5,638 nucleotides of DNA from a virus. Positions 5,111 through 5,638 of the stretch are shown here, one piece after another (within the stretch, counting starts at the first letter, position 1; every line of letters starts with the position of its first letter). The translations under genes and the position numbers were made by a program. Location: IMG/VR virus record IMGVR_UViG_3300011006_000493, positions 1 through 5,638 of that record, one strand, 5' to 3'. The notes under the pieces are model-generated. The model worked only from the letters and a program-made list of their open reading frames with translations, made no database searches and was not told where the DNA came from.

Positions 5111-5519
5111 GCTCGACGAACTGGCCGGAGCCGTTGCCGCCGAGCTCTCCCGGTACGGGGCGACCGTGTGTTACCTGCCCGAATTCAAGCTCGCCGAACT
5201 CTCGCAGATGCGCGTCGTCGTCGTGCCGACCGGCATCGAGGACGAACTCTCCACCCGCGATTCCATCGGCGCCCTCTACAAGGTATCCGTCGGCGTCCTC
5301 AAGAAAACCACCGAGGACGAACTGCCGCACCTCACGGGCGTCGTGCGCGGCATCGGGCGGCACTTCCTCGGCAAGCATCTTGCCGGGTGTTCCTGCGTGA
5401 AGGCGTCCTACGACCCCATCTACTCCCCGGAGCAGTTCCGGGAGAAGCGGCAGTTCACGGGCGTCGCCGTACTCTCGTTCCGAACGGTCGAACGCCATGA
5501 AGGCGAGACTCTCGTTTGA
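5103..5519 (+). CDS. Hypothetical virion-module protein, probably a head-tail connector or adaptor component (138 aa)
   Basis: Complete ORF with strong third-position GC. It is translationally coupled on both sides, overlapping the upstream gene by 8 nt and the next gene by 23 nt. I recognise no motif, so the function is inferred from position between a head-closure-like gene and a gp10-like gene. Confidence 0.7.
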   Translation: MGRLDELAGAVAAELSRYGATVCYLPEFKLAELSQMRVVVVPTGIEDELSTRDSIGALYKVSVGVLKKTTEDELPHLTGVVRGIGRHFLGKHLAGCSCVKASYDPIYSPEQFREKRQFTGVAVLSFRTVERHEGETLV

Positions 5520-5638
5520 CGCGCGCGGTCTCGCGGCCGCCGTGCTGCGGGGCTCGCTCGGCGCCCTGCGCCGTGCCGGCGCCTACGTGCGCCGCGCCGC
5601 CCGGCACCAGGTCAAGACGAGCGCCAGCCCGTCGCCGC
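5497..5638 (+). CDS. HK97 gp10-like head-tail protein, 5' partial that runs off the window
   Basis: ATG 5497 opens frame 1, which stays open to the window edge. It is absent from the ORF track, presumably because it has no stop. The product begins MKARLSFDARGLAAAVLRGSLGALRRAGAYVRRAARHQVKTSASPSP. The N-terminal pattern (short leader, G-x-x-x-x-x-L, then an Ala/Arg-rich helix) and the position are typical of the HK97 gp10 family. Third-position GC is high. Confidence 0.6.
   Translation, partial: MKARLSFDARGLAAAVLRGSLGALRRAGAYVRRAARHQVKTSASPSP

Noticed and set aside
1-5638. Scan for CRISPR repeats, IS or transposon ends, integrase, toxin-antitoxin pairs or known defence-system genes
   Set aside because: No regularly spaced repeats, terminal inverted repeats, or ORFs with matching motifs were seen. 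Every well-supported ORF fits a virion morphogenesis role or is a small hypothetical within that module.

Overview
High-GC window carrying a tailed-phage or prophage head-morphogenesis and head-tail connector module, all on the + strand. Order: possible 3' end of an upstream gene, a GC hairpin, an initiator-like tRNA(CAU), a gpW-like small protein, a lambda-family portal, an HK97-type (S78) prohead protease domain, a scaffold-like linker plus major capsid protein, a structured 176-nt spacer, a DUF2190-like decoration-type protein, a strong hairpin, a head-tail joining protein, a small C-terminally membrane-anchored protein, a 138-aa virion-module hypothetical, and the 5' end of an HK97 gp10-like gene. 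The long minus-strand and off-frame ORFs in the track look like high-GC shadow ORFs. I see no CRISPR array, IS element, integrase, toxin or recognisable defence system. The most unusual point is that the protease reading frame has no stop codon. The coding signal moves from frame 1 to frame 2 inside a 43-nt-period direct repeat, and the second repeat copy also forms the GGAGG plus ATG start region of the capsid gene. Secondary points are the mixed-identity tRNA directly next to the head genes, a membrane-anchored ORF inside the connector block, several strong GC hairpins, and two distinct classes of translation-initiation region. All family assignments rest on remembered motifs and gene order, not on searches.
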